NCBI GenBank assembly: GCA_019058295.1
Contig: JAHPZI010000028.1
Span: forward strand, 32,001-96,000
Source of the DNA: Promethearchaeota archaeon
GTDB lineage: Archaea; Asgardarchaeota; Lokiarchaeia; Sigyniarchaeales; SOKP01
Direction: 5' to 3'
DNA length: 64,000 bases
This document shows, piece after piece, positions 38,652 to 48,753 of this stretch. The position numbers and the translations under genes are program-made. A model generated the notes under the pieces. The model was not told the DNA's origin. It did no database searches and saw only the letters and a list, made by a program, of their open reading frames with translations. The number at the start of each line of letters is the position of its first letter. Position 1 is the stretch's first letter.

Positions 38652-40667
38652 TTGAAGTTTTTTAAGCTTTTTACTCCTTTAAAGATAAAAGATATGACCA
38701 TATCTAACAGGGTCGTAATGCCAGCGATGCACTTGAACCTTGCAAACGATGGCTTCATGACAAAGAAACTAATAGACTTCTACATTGAGCGGGCAAAAGG
38801 AGGGGCAGGACTCCTTATAATAGGAGGATGTTATGTGTCCATCTATGGAAAAGGGCTACCAAGTATGATTTCTATTGAAAGTGATGATTATATTCCAAAA
38901 ATGATAGAATTTACTGATGCTGTTCATAAGGCTCGAGAAGATGTTAAAATTTGTGCCCAGTTATACCATGGAGGGAGATATACTTTTTCCCAAATCATAG
39001 GTAGAACACCAATATCTTCTTCAGCAACTTATAGTATTTTCAGCAAGACAACACCCCGAGAAATGACTCTTGAGGATATCAAAAATGAGCAGCAAGCGTT
39101 TGCTGATGCTGCATTAAGAGCGCAGAAAGCAGGCTTTGATTGTACTGAGATTTGCGGGTCTGCTGGATATTTAATGGATCAATTTCTATCTCCATTTGTT
39201 AATAAAAGGACAGATGAATATGGTGGAGATTTTGAAAATCGATTGAGATTTCCGGTTGAAACTATTAAAAAGATAAGAGATGCGGTAGGGAATAATTTTC
39301 CTGTAGGAATGAGGATGGCGGGTGATGATTTTGTTCCTGGAAGTCTAACTTACAAAGATAAACCTCCTATTGCTAAGGCATACGAGAACGCTGGGATAGA
39401 TTTTTTAAATATTACAGGGGGATGGCATGAGACAAAGGTTCCACAGCTTACTATGGATGTACCTGAGGGATGTTATACTTATTTAGCAGAAAATATTAAA
39501 AAAAACGTTTCTATTCCGGTTTTTGCCACTAATAGAATAAATAATCCCGTATTGGCTGAACAAGTGCTAATGGCTGACAAAGCTGACGCAATTTGTATAG
39601 GTAGAGGCTTAATTGCTGACCCTTTCTTACCAATGAAAGCAAAAAAGGGAGAGATTCGCGATATAATGAACTGTGTTGCCTGCAACCAAGGATGTTTCGA
39701 TAATATTTTTAGAATGATGCCCATCTCTTGTTTGAGAAATGCTAGGGCTGGAAAAGAAGCTAGAACTGAATTAAAGCCAATTAAAGAGAAGAAAAAAGTA
39801 ATGGTGATAGGTTCTGGTCCTGCAGGGTTAGAAGTTGCAAGAATTGCTCGAATAAGGGGTCATGAAGTCCACATTTTTGAAAAAGATGATAAGATAGGAG
39901 GGTTATTAAATCTTATTTGGATTCCTCCAGGAAGAAATGAATTTAAAAGAATGATTGAAAATTATGCTTATTGGATTCAAAAACATAGAATTATGACCCA
40001 TTTAGAAACAGAAGTCACACCAGAAATCGTAAAAGAGTTTAATCCTGATGCTGTAATTCTCGCAACTGGTTCCATTCCAATAAAACCTCCTATTAAAGGT
40101 ATTGATAAATCCCATGTTTTCTGGGCTAACGATGTCTTTAGTGGGGACGCTCCCATTGGTCAAAATAATGTAATAATTGGAGGTGGGGCAACCGGTATTG
40201 AATTAGCACTTTATATAGCAAAATATGGTACATTAAGTCGTGAAGCATTTGAATTTCTTACATTTTATAAAGCTTTAGAACCTGAAGATGCGCTTCCTAT
40301 GTTACATAAAGGAAAAAAGAAAGTTACTATTTTAGAGAAATTACCCAAAGTGGGATCAATACTCGGGAAAACAACAAAATGGGTTCTACTCGATAAATGC
40401 GATGGTTTAGGGGTGCGTATCATTACTAGCGCAAGTGTTACAGAAATTGGAGAAAATTATGTAAATTATAAAGACGCTAAGGGAAATGATCAAGTTATTG
40501 ACGACGTGGATATTGTTTATTACGCAGCTGGAGTAAAAACTAATGATGAATTATTTAAAGAGATTAAATCATTGGGAATTGAAGTTCAAAAGATCGGAGA
40601 TGCGAGAAAACCTGCTACAGTTTTGGAGGCAATCGATAGGGGTTATAAATTAGCGAATGGAATTTAA
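38652..40667 (+). CDS. fadH: 2,4-dienoyl-CoA reductase / NADH:flavin oxidoreductase (OYE barrel + 4Fe-4S + FAD)
   Basis: NRVVMPAMH, GSAGYLMDQF, NKRTDEYGG, GGWHE, CVACNQGC...C, GSGPAGLE, IIGGGATG. Confidence 0.85.
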   Translation: MKFFKLFTPLKIKDMTISNRVVMPAMHLNLANDGFMTKKLIDFYIERAKGGAGLLIIGGCYVSIYGKGLPSMISIESDDYIPKMIEFTDAVHKAREDVKICAQLYHGGRYTFSQIIGRTPISSSATYSIFSKTTPREMTLEDIKNEQQAFADAALRAQKAGFDCTEICGSAGYLMDQFLSPFVNKRTDEYGGDFENRLRFPVETIKKIRDAVGNNFPVGMRMAGDDFVPGSLTYKDKPPIAKAYENAGIDFLNITGGWHETKVPQLTMDVPEGCYTYLAENIKKNVSIPVFATNRINNPVLAEQVLMADKADAICIGRGLIADPFLPMKAKKGEIRDIMNCVACNQGCFDNIFRMMPISCLRNARAGKEARTELKPIKEKKKVMVIGSGPAGLEVARIARIRGHEVHIFEKDDKIGGLLNLIWIPPGRNEFKRMIENYAYWIQKHRIMTHLETEVTPEIVKEFNPDAVILATGSIPIKPPIKGIDKSHVFWANDVFSGDAPIGQNNVIIGGGATGIELALYIAKYGTLSREAFEFLTFYKALEPEDALPMLHKGKKKVTILEKLPKVGSILGKTTKWVLLDKCDGLGVRIITSASVTEIGENYVNYKDAKGNDQVIDDVDIVYYAAGVKTNDELFKEIKSLGIEVQKIGDARKPATVLEAIDRGYKLANGI

Positions 40668-40713
40668 GATTTAGACAAAAATTTTTTTTTTATTAATTTT
40701 ACATCTGCAAAAT

Positions 40714-41610
40714 ATGAACGTTTTTGATATCAAGATTCAGAACGAGATTAACACCAAATTAGAGGGTATTAACGAACAATCACGAAATTACATTAACGAG
40801 GCTATTCTGATCATTAATAAAGAAATAGGAATTGACAACATTACTTCAATTATCTTATTTGGGAGCCATATTGAAAGAAAAGATTTTTCTTCCATCTCGG
40901 ATTGCGATTTACTCATTATTTTTAATGATAATGTTTCCAATTTCTTGATTAAAAATATTGAAAAATATTTCATTGCATTAGAAAATAAACATAATTTACG
41001 AGAGGATGGTTTTAAATTTGTTAATAAATTTTTCGATAGAGCAACCGGAATGTTTGTGAGTCATTTTTTAACCAAGAAAAAGTACTGGGAAAATCTTATT
41101 TTTCATAAAATATTTCGGGTAAATAGGATATTCTCCAAATTAATCGCACCGAAAAAAATAGTATTCTGCAACATAATATCAAATAGTAGCATCCTTTATG
41201 GGAAAGATTTGAGAAAAAATGTTAAAAAGATTGAAATTTCGCCTTTTGAAATAGTAAGAAGTCTAATCATGAATTTAATTATAATTTTATTTTCAATTCC
41301 TACTTCAGTGTTGAAATCTTTTAATTCAATAAAATATCAATTAGAAGCAGTAAAATGGAGTTTAAGAGCTTCTAATTATTATGCCTTTGAAGATTCTAAA
41401 TCGCTCGAGGAAATTTCTGCTCGATTTATCCTTTTTGAAAAATCAGGACGTATTTTGAATTATATAAGACACGCTAAAGTTTTCTATCATAGATTTCTAA
41501 ACTTAAGAAAAAAACCTCATACAGATCTAGGTTTTATGCTTCGATGCCCTTTTAGAATTCTTAAAATTCACTTGAAAGGCTTACAATTTAAACAAATAGC
41601 AAAAAAGTAG
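40714..41610 (+). CDS. Pol-beta-type nucleotidyltransferase domain protein
   Basis: IILFGS....SDCDLLII (hG[GS]x9-13DhD); ILYGKDL; helical C-terminus. Confidence 0.75.
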   Translation: MNVFDIKIQNEINTKLEGINEQSRNYINEAILIINKEIGIDNITSIILFGSHIERKDFSSISDCDLLIIFNDNVSNFLIKNIEKYFIALENKHNLREDGFKFVNKFFDRATGMFVSHFLTKKKYWENLIFHKIFRVNRIFSKLIAPKKIVFCNIISNSSILYGKDLRKNVKKIEISPFEIVRSLIMNLIIILFSIPTSVLKSFNSIKYQLEAVKWSLRASNYYAFEDSKSLEEISARFILFEKSGRILNYIRHAKVFYHRFLNLRKKPHTDLGFMLRCPFRILKIHLKGLQFKQIAKK

Positions 41611-41718
41611 ATTTAATCTTAGCAAAAATTGATTTCATTGAAGATTTACTTAAAATTTTTATATTTTTAAGGTTATAATTTTAATGTAGAAATAATTAAA
41701 AAAAGGTCTAAAAAAAAT

Positions 41719-42261
41719 ATGGATATCGATATTAAAGAATTGTTCTTAGATATACTTACAATCGTTAAATTTGAACTTAAGTTCTACAAGGATAAGGAAT
41801 CTCCGATGTTTGAAAGAATTGTAAAGACTCGCGTATTCCAACAGAGATTACAAAAGCTAAAAGATTTTATAATGTCTTATTTTGAAATTATGTATAAAGA
41901 TCAAGAAAGCCCTATAAACAAAGCGGCATTACGAACACAATTAGACAATATTGCTCGGATTACGAATTATTACGACGATCTCTCAGAGTTTTATAAAGAT
42001 CATACAAAAACTTTGCTTTCCAGGGAAAAGATTCTTGGATTAATTGAATATTCGCATATTGAGGTTTTATTTCTTATTTTTACCAATATTTTGGACTGGG
42101 AACATTATAAAAGTAGTTTATTGTTCCCTACTGATAAAGCCAAGGAAAAAATATTGAAAGAATTCCTAGGAAGGCTTGCTAGCAGCGATATAAAGGATGT
42201 CGAAGACCTCATAGATCTTGAACAAGAAATTGATACATTTGTTCAAGCTATTGAAGTTTAA
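41719..42261 (+). CDS. Hypothetical helical protein
   Basis: 180-aa ORF with genome-typical composition and no recognised motif. Confidence 0.7.
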   Translation: MDIDIKELFLDILTIVKFELKFYKDKESPMFERIVKTRVFQQRLQKLKDFIMSYFEIMYKDQESPINKAALRTQLDNIARITNYYDDLSEFYKDHTKTLLSREKILGLIEYSHIEVLFLIFTNILDWEHYKSSLLFPTDKAKEKILKEFLGRLASSDIKDVEDLIDLEQEIDTFVQAIEV

Positions 42262-42417
42262 TATCGTGTAATGAATCATTAGATTTTCAGTCGCAAGTGA
42301 TATTTTTTATTGAAGAATTCAAGAAATTTCAATAAAAATATAAATGGGTATTATGTTGTAACTTAATGGTATTGAATATCATTTCGAATTATAAAAGATA
42401 TATTAAAGTTTTCTAAA

Positions 42418-42723
42418 ATGGATTGCATCGATAAAATTCTTGAATTTTATACTACTAGGGAAGTTAATAAATATCGTGAAAAAAAGATCCGTCTAGGTAA
42501 AATATTAATCGAATTAATGAATCAGCTTGATGATCCAGGAAACTTGATTAGAGTCCAAAATTGTTTAATTTTATTAATAAATTTATTTTTTGATATTGAA
42601 TCCCCAGATTATTTGCATAATCAAGGAAAATCAATAAATGAGCTCTCTGAAGACGAGTTAGAAAAAGTATATGATTTACTTCGCTCAGAGCTAAATAATC
42701 TAAATAATGGTAATAATAATTAA
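42418..42723 (+). CDS. Hypothetical protein
   Basis: 101-aa ATG ORF filling the gap between genes. Confidence 0.6.
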   Translation: MDCIDKILEFYTTREVNKYREKKIRLGKILIELMNQLDDPGNLIRVQNCLILLINLFFDIESPDYLHNQGKSINELSEDELEKVYDLLRSELNNLNNGNNN

Positions 42724-42730
42724 GACTTTT

Positions 42731-44992
42731 TTAAAAAACTTTCAAATCCTCTAGAAAACTCTTGAATGATTCATCATATTCGTTAAAATATTGCTCTATT
42801 TTCTGTAAAATTTCCGTAATCGCCTTTTTTAATTTTTTATCCAAAGCCAATGTGTCTACAATAACGCTAGATATCGCAATCTGATATTCCGACGTTAATT
42901 CTGTAATTTTTGCGAAATCTTCTTGATGAATACCTATTTTATCTAATTGTATAAATACAGATTCAATCTCATCTTTCAATTTAACTGTAGCTGTCAAAGA
43001 TTTAGTGCAATTGTCATACAATTCTTGTTCTTTCTCGGATATAATCGATTCTTCTTCAGAAAGCTTATCTTTATCATATCTCTCATCCATTCTTTCCCTT
43101 AGAAGATGTTTAGTTCTGTGGTAAATACTTATCGCTTCATTAATCTTTACCAAACATTTAATTAAATCATAATTACGTAGTAATCTTGCCTCAACTATCT
43201 TTAAATATGCAACTTCATAAAAAGTTTGAAGTTCTCCAAAAGTACTCTTCTCCGATTCAAGAATTTTTAATTTTACCTCTCTTAATTGTTCATGTAGGAG
43301 ATCTTTCTCTTTAACACTTAGATCTTTATTTTTAAGCGTATTATAGATTGTATTTGTCTTTTCTTTAATCAATATAGCATTACGCTTCAAAATTCCTGCC
43401 TTTTTTTCAATATTTGTAATGCTTCTTGATTCTCCTTCTCGTTCAACCCATACAAATATTCTTATTGCATCATCTAATAATTTATTGAATTTTTCTGTAT
43501 CTGATTCAAGATAATATTTTGAATCTTGAATTTTTTGGATTGCTCTATCCATTTGAATTTCTAATTCGAAAATGTAATCAATTAAAGTTACTTGTTTTCT
43601 TTCTGTTAATATTCTCGATTTCACAAACATATCATCCTCTACGTTTTTACTTACAATGTACCATAAAATAGCAGCAGGTATCCAAAATACTATTGCGAAT
43701 ACCATCATATTATATATGCTTCCAAGCCATATAATTAACATAAATGAGATCAATAAAGTAATTCCTTTACCTATTTGTTCTGAAAGATTAAAAAATGAAG
43801 CAGCAGTACCCTTGTGTTCGGGCATATTGACATCAATCAAAATTGCATTCCTATTTGCAACTGAACCAGCCGCTATTGTGGTTCCAATTAATCCGAATAT
43901 AAAATATAGAATATAACTTGGATAAACTCTGAATATTGCACCAACAGTTAAAATTATATAAGTCCACGTCTCTCCCGCTGGAATATCGTTAGGATAATTA
44001 ATATTTAATTTATCCACATTAATAGGCTGGATGAAAAACATAGTCAAAAGATATAAAGGGATTGTTATTATAATACAAAATGTTGCTAATCTAGCTCTAT
44101 TTTTTTTATTTCTTTTAAATAAAGCATCTCCTATACGAGTGAGTATAATATTTCCTAAAATATACCCAATACCAACCATTCCTGCAAAAATAGACGCTGT
44201 TTGAAGCCGAATTTCATCTGGCAATTCTGCAAAAAAGTGAAGTGAAAACATAGAAGTCAGGAAATATACTAAAATTGTTCCAGGTATGATTGCGAAAAAG
44301 CCTTGAATTGTTAAGTATCTGTTAGTTTTTTTCTTAATAATTTGAGCTAAATCTGAAGTTGAGATTCTATAACTATATTCTAAACTTAATTCTGCCAAAT
44401 CTAATAATTCGTCTTCACTCGCACCTCTTTGAGGTATTTTGATAAAAAAAAGGATAATAATAATAAAAATACTAATTATTGCTAATAGAAGAAAAGGAAA
44501 TCTCCAACTTGTAACGGGTCCTAAAAAAGAAGATAATGCCTGCCCAACTCCATTAGATATTGAACCTAAAATAGCAACCATTCCAAACCATCCTGATCGT
44601 TCTTCAGGAGGTATTGCATCCGAAATAATAGAATATCCTACTGGCAACACACAACCAAGTCCAGCTCCACTTATCATCCTTGAAAAAAGAAGAATTTGAA
44701 AAGAGGTGCTAAATGAAGTTAATAACATCCCTATAGTCCAAGAAAAAGCACCTCCCATTATAACTTTGCCTCTATCAATGCGATCCGTATAATAACCCCA
44801 GATTAATGCAAAAAAAGCGCTAAATAAAATAAAAAAGGCATCGGGAATCGCAATTAGTGCTTCCGGAATATTAAATTCCTTTTCAATAGCAGCATAGCTA
44901 GGAATTAACATATTAGCACATGCTATGGAGACAAAAAGAAGTAGGACTACCAATATTATTGGGACTAAATCTTTTTTCGCTATTTTAGTCAA
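42731..44992 (-). CDS. MFS transporter with an approximately 300-aa soluble helical C-terminal extension
   Basis: WGYYTDRIDRGK, SIISDAIPPEERS and EHKGTAASFF, followed by a long Lys/Glu-rich helical tail. Confidence 0.85.
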   Translation of the reverse strand: MTKIAKKDLVPIILVVLLLFVSIACANMLIPSYAAIEKEFNIPEALIAIPDAFFILFSAFFALIWGYYTDRIDRGKVIMGGAFSWTIGMLLTSFSTSFQILLFSRMISGAGLGCVLPVGYSIISDAIPPEERSGWFGMVAILGSISNGVGQALSSFLGPVTSWRFPFLLLAIISIFIIIILFFIKIPQRGASEDELLDLAELSLEYSYRISTSDLAQIIKKKTNRYLTIQGFFAIIPGTILVYFLTSMFSLHFFAELPDEIRLQTASIFAGMVGIGYILGNIILTRIGDALFKRNKKNRARLATFCIIITIPLYLLTMFFIQPINVDKLNINYPNDIPAGETWTYIILTVGAIFRVYPSYILYFIFGLIGTTIAAGSVANRNAILIDVNMPEHKGTAASFFNLSEQIGKGITLLISFMLIIWLGSIYNMMVFAIVFWIPAAILWYIVSKNVEDDMFVKSRILTERKQVTLIDYIFELEIQMDRAIQKIQDSKYYLESDTEKFNKLLDDAIRIFVWVEREGESRSITNIEKKAGILKRNAILIKEKTNTIYNTLKNKDLSVKEKDLLHEQLREVKLKILESEKSTFGELQTFYEVAYLKIVEARLLRNYDLIKCLVKINEAISIYHRTKHLLRERMDERYDKDKLSEEESIISEKEQELYDNCTKSLTATVKLKDEIESVFIQLDKIGIHQEDFAKITELTSEYQIAISSVIVDTLALDKKLKKAITEILQKIEQYFNEYDESFKSFLEDLKVF

Positions 44993-45108
44993 TGGGATTA
45001 AATTTCTTCTTTAATTTGAAAGATTATAATTAAATAAGATTCGTCAGTTAAAAAAATTTTCACACTATATACATTAAGGAAAAAATATAAAATATTATCT
45101 TGAAAAAA

Positions 45109-45202
45109 GTGGAGTACGAGTTCCATGCTGCTAATACACATATTACACCATTTTCAGTCGCATTTGAGAGAGTTTCAAGCTTAGATCTTGATTTAAACTC
45201 TT
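45109..45202 (+). ncRNA. Candidate small structured RNA upstream of tRNA-Ala
   Basis: GC-richer island with three hairpins, downstream of TATAAAA at 45086-45092. No family recognised. Confidence 0.3.
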
Positions 45203-45309
45203 ATTTTATTATAACAATTATTTATATGTTATTTGCATAGAAAAAACAAAATTTTTCTTTTACTAATAATTAATATGATACAATACTATCTCTACATATT
45301 TTTTAAAAA

Positions 45310-45411
45310 GGGGACGTGGATTAGTGGAAGATCGTTACCTTGGCATGGTAAAGGCCGCGGGTTCAATTCGCTGGTGAAATTCTCAACAGTATGATACTCC
45401 CGCCGTCTCCA
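45310..45411 (+). tRNA. tRNA-Ala(GGC) with 30-nt non-canonical intron in the T-loop (45368-45397, position 59/60)
   Basis: Acceptor GGGGACG/CGTCTCC-A with G3:U70; D stem GATT/GATC; anticodon arm TTACC-TTGGCAT-GGTAA; T stem GCGGG/CCCGC enclosing 37 nt. CCA is not encoded. Confidence 0.92.
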
Positions 45412-45433
45412 CTATTTATTTTATTAATTAGGT

Positions 45434-46135
45434 TTAAAGAATTAAGACACTACCATCTTTTTGTCCAATATATGCTTTTGAAGTCAATCCTATGAATAAA
45501 CCAGTATCTACAACACCGGGAATTGTTAATAATTTCTCGTTTAGCAATACTGGATTTTCAATTATTCCGAAGTCTGTATCGATAATAAAATTACCATTAT
45601 CAGATACTAAAGGGCCCATTTTAGATTGAGCCATTCGAAGTTTTGGCTTTCCGCCTAATTTTTCTAATTTTTGCCTAACAGGGACATATGCCATCGGTAT
45701 AACTTCTATAGGTACTCCTTTTTTCCAATTTTGCCCTAATTTTTCTGAATTTTTTCTAAAATCAGCTATAATTATTATTTTTTTAGAATTTGAAGCAATG
45801 ATCTTTTCTTGGACATGACAACCGCCACCTCCTTTAATAAGATTAAGATCTTTATCAACTTCATCAGCTCCATCAATATCTAAATCTATTTCAGGGTGTT
45901 GATCTAAAGATGTTAAATTAAGTTCATTTTCTAATATCAATTGATATGCTTGAAACGATGAAGGAATGCATTTTAAGTTCAAATCATTTTTTTTATTTAA
46001 TTCAGCTATTTTTTTTACAGCATAAACTACAGTAGAACCGCTGCCAATACCTAAAATCATATTTTTTTTAACATTATCTTCTACTGCTTTTTCTGCTGCT
46101 TTTTTTTTCCCTAATTCAATTAAATCTTCTGTCAT
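45434..46135 (-). CDS. rpiA: Ribose-5-phosphate isomerase A
   Basis: LGIGSGSTV, DIDGADEVD, LIKGGGG, EKIIA, SDNGNFI, PGVVDTGLF. Confidence 0.96.
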   Translation of the reverse strand: MTEDLIELGKKKAAEKAVEDNVKKNMILGIGSGSTVVYAVKKIAELNKKNDLNLKCIPSSFQAYQLILENELNLTSLDQHPEIDLDIDGADEVDKDLNLIKGGGGCHVQEKIIASNSKKIIIIADFRKNSEKLGQNWKKGVPIEVIPMAYVPVRQKLEKLGGKPKLRMAQSKMGPLVSDNGNFIIDTDFGIIENPVLLNEKLLTIPGVVDTGLFIGLTSKAYIGQKDGSVLIL

Positions 46136-46152
46136 AATTATCTAAAATTTCA

Positions 46153-46566
46153 TTATTTTTTTAATAAATTAAGAATCCTTATTGCGAGATATGCTGCATT
46201 GTCACCTCTATCAATCCCCACACATCCTACAGGTACTTTGGGGGGCATTTGAACAATTGATAATAAAGCGTCTAAACCACCTAATTTCGCATTTACGGGT
46301 ACTCCAATAACAGGTTTGTCTGTCTTAGAGGCAATTACACCTGGTAATGCTGCGGACAATCCAGCTACGGCAATATATATTAACGATTCGCTTTTTTCTA
46401 TGTAATCCTTTAATTTATCGGGATCCCGATGCGCTGAAATAATTTGTAAATCATATGAGATATTATTTTCTTTCAAAACTTTTTCTGCCTTTTCATAGAC
46501 TTCTTTATCTGAGACACTACCCGCAATTATTGAGATTAACGTCTTTTTACTATTACTACTTGGCAT
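46153..46566 (-). CDS. purE: AIR carboxylase / N5-CAIR mutase
   Basis: [39 protein letters not shown]. Confidence 0.93.
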   Translation of the reverse strand: MPSSNSKKTLISIIAGSVSDKEVYEKAEKVLKENNISYDLQIISAHRDPDKLKDYIEKSESLIYIAVAGLSAALPGVIASKTDKPVIGVPVNAKLGGLDALLSIVQMPPKVPVGCVGIDRGDNAAYLAIRILNLLKK

Positions 46567-46763
46567 AATTAAACAAAAACTTAGATAAATAAAAATAATT
46601 CTAATCGTATTTTAATAAATTAAAAAAAAATTTCCAATATCAATTATAAAATTATTCATTTAAGTTATCACTTTATCAAAAACTTTAATTTTAATTTTAA
46701 ATATCCTAATTTAATTCTAAACATATAAAATTCATAAAAAAAATATAAAAAGTGATAGCAAAA

Positions 46764-48104
46764 ATGGTAGAATTAAATGAAGTGTGGCTTGTTGATTACG
46801 CTCGAACAGCATTTTCACGTTCTCGACCTAGGGCACCCGAAAGAGATGTTTTCGGTGAAATAAGAGGAGATACGCTTCTTTCGTTATTATTAAAAGATAT
46901 GATGAATAATAGATTAGCAGATAAAGGTATTGGATCTAAAGACATCGATACATTTACAGTTGGGGCTGCTTTTAGCGTAGGAGAACACTGGACTTATGGA
47001 GGGAAATTTCCTACTTGGTTTGCGGGAATTGACGTAAGAACCTCTTGTCAATCGATGGATAAACAATGCGGGTCAGCAGCAGCAGGTTTTAATTTAGCAT
47101 TTTTAGAAATTGCGACAGGTTATAGCAAAATCGCAATTTCTAGTGGAATGGAACACCTTACGCGAGTACCAATGGGAATTCAAAACAAATGGATAATGCC
47201 AAACCTTTCAGCTGCAAGTAAAACTTCACCATTATATGATGCTAAATATGCACGAAAAGGTGAATATGACTTACTTATCGCAACGGATATGTTGTCAACA
47301 GCACAAAAACTCTTCGAGGAAGAGATTCCGACGTTTACAAAAGAAGATATGGATAAGTTAGGTGTAAGAGCACACAATTTAACCGTAAAATCGCAGGAGG
47401 AAGGTTGGTTCACCTCTGGTGTCAATGGAGGCGAGATTATTCCAATTGAAGGGCACGTTGAAGGGAATCCTGATGAACCATTAATGGTTGATAAGGATAT
47501 GGCAGCTAGAAAATCAACACTTGAAAGTGTTGCAGGTTTAAGACCTGTTTCTAAACCTCATTTCATTAAAAAAACAGCTAAAGGACAAGATCTTGGTCGT
47601 CAAGGATATCAAGATTTTGTTGGTAGTAAAGATGGTGTAATAACTGCGGGTAATGCTTCACCTCTTAATGCTGGTGCTACAGCATGTGTTTTAATGGATG
47701 CTGAAGAAGCTAAAAAGAGAGGTATTAATCCATTGGCAAAAGTCGTTTCTATTGGATTTGCGGGAGTAGATCCTACTGTAATGGGTCGTGGTCCTGTTCC
47801 TGCTAGTAAAATGGCATTACAACATGCTGGATTAACTGCTGATGATATTGATTTCTGGGAAATTAATGAAGCGTTTTGTATAGTTGCTTTAAACTGTATG
47901 GATAAGCTTAACATTCCTGAAGAAAAGGTTAATGTGAAAGGGGGTTCCACCGCAATAGGGCATCCTTTAGGTGCTACAATGTGCCGTTTAATCGGAACTG
48001 TTGCACGAATTATTAAAGATAAGAAAGCTAAATATGGTTTAGCTAATGCATGCGTTGGTGGAGGGCAGGGCGTAGCTGTAATAGTAGAAAATATCGATGC
48101 GTAA
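46764..48104 (+). CDS. Acetyl-CoA acyltransferase (thiolase)
   Basis: KQCGS (catalytic Cys), GMEHLT, TAGNASPL, EINEAF, GHPLGAT, ACVGGGQG. Confidence 0.95.
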   Translation: MVELNEVWLVDYARTAFSRSRPRAPERDVFGEIRGDTLLSLLLKDMMNNRLADKGIGSKDIDTFTVGAAFSVGEHWTYGGKFPTWFAGIDVRTSCQSMDKQCGSAAAGFNLAFLEIATGYSKIAISSGMEHLTRVPMGIQNKWIMPNLSAASKTSPLYDAKYARKGEYDLLIATDMLSTAQKLFEEEIPTFTKEDMDKLGVRAHNLTVKSQEEGWFTSGVNGGEIIPIEGHVEGNPDEPLMVDKDMAARKSTLESVAGLRPVSKPHFIKKTAKGQDLGRQGYQDFVGSKDGVITAGNASPLNAGATACVLMDAEEAKKRGINPLAKVVSIGFAGVDPTVMGRGPVPASKMALQHAGLTADDIDFWEINEAFCIVALNCMDKLNIPEEKVNVKGGSTAIGHPLGATMCRLIGTVARIIKDKKAKYGLANACVGGGQGVAVIVENIDA

Positions 48105-48308
48105 AATCATATTATTATTTTAGACTAACTTAATTGCTCTTCAAAATTTCTTTTTTTTTAAATTTCTTTTATTCAAATTTAAAATTTTTCTCATCATCAA
48201 TTCTATTAATATTTCCAAATTGCAAAATATTTATATATTAAAGCAATAAAATTATAGATATCAAAAAATCAAATAAAAAGTGAAATCAAAAAAAGGTGTA
48301 AAGATAAA

Positions 48309-48515
48309 ATGCCTGTATATAAAAGTATTCAATTAGTTGGAACTTCTGATGTTAATTGGGCTGAAGCGGTAAAAAACTGTTATGCAGAAGCTAAAAAGTC
48401 TCTACGTGGAATCCGAAACATTCAAATAATCGAAAGTGATGTAAAGGTTAAAGAGGACGTTGATAAATTAATCTATCGAGTCAGAGTTCAGGTCAATTTT
48501 GAAATTGAAAGATAA
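48309..48515 (+). CDS. Dodecin (flavin/CoA-binding)
   Basis: VYKSIQLVGTS..NWAEAVKN...A.KSLRGI...YRVRVQVNF, 68 aa. Confidence 0.9.
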   Translation: MPVYKSIQLVGTSDVNWAEAVKNCYAEAKKSLRGIRNIQIIESDVKVKEDVDKLIYRVRVQVNFEIER

Positions 48516-48630
48516 TTTTGTTCAAATTCCGATTTATAGTATGTGAGAACTGAATGCCTCGCCCATAAACTTATATCTTTTTTATTTTTTTTTGTTTTTA
48601 ATATATATAAATAAGTTAAGAATTTATAGA

Positions 48631-48738
48631 ATGAGCGAACTAGAGTTAACGTTTTGGAGATATATTATTGGCGGGATAATTGTATTGATAATTTTTATAA
48701 TTTGCTGTATAATTCACAATAGACTTATAAAGAAATAG
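48631..48738 (+). CDS. Unannotated 35-aa single-TM small protein MSELELTFWRYIIGGIIVLIIFIICCIIHNRLIKK
   Basis: ATG about 25 nt after a TATATAAA box; clean TM helix with a basic C-tail. Confidence 0.5.
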   Translation: MSELELTFWRYIIGGIIVLIIFIICCIIHNRLIKK

Positions 48739-48753
48739 TACTTTGTTTAATTG

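Noticed and set aside
42283-42295. 13-mer ATTTTCAGTCGCA shared with 45150-45162
   Set aside because: Matches of this length are expected by chance in 64 kb of AT-rich DNA, and there is no flanking similarity.
45310-45433. tRNA as an integration site for a provirus or island
   Set aside because: No duplicated tRNA 3' end and no integrase seen in the window; the flanks are housekeeping genes.
48533-48570. Hairpin after dodecin (GTGAG/CTCGC) with CTGA, considered as a K-turn, C/D RNA or riboswitch
   Set aside because: The geometry does not fit a K-turn. It is most simply a 3'-UTR stem before an oligo-T terminator.
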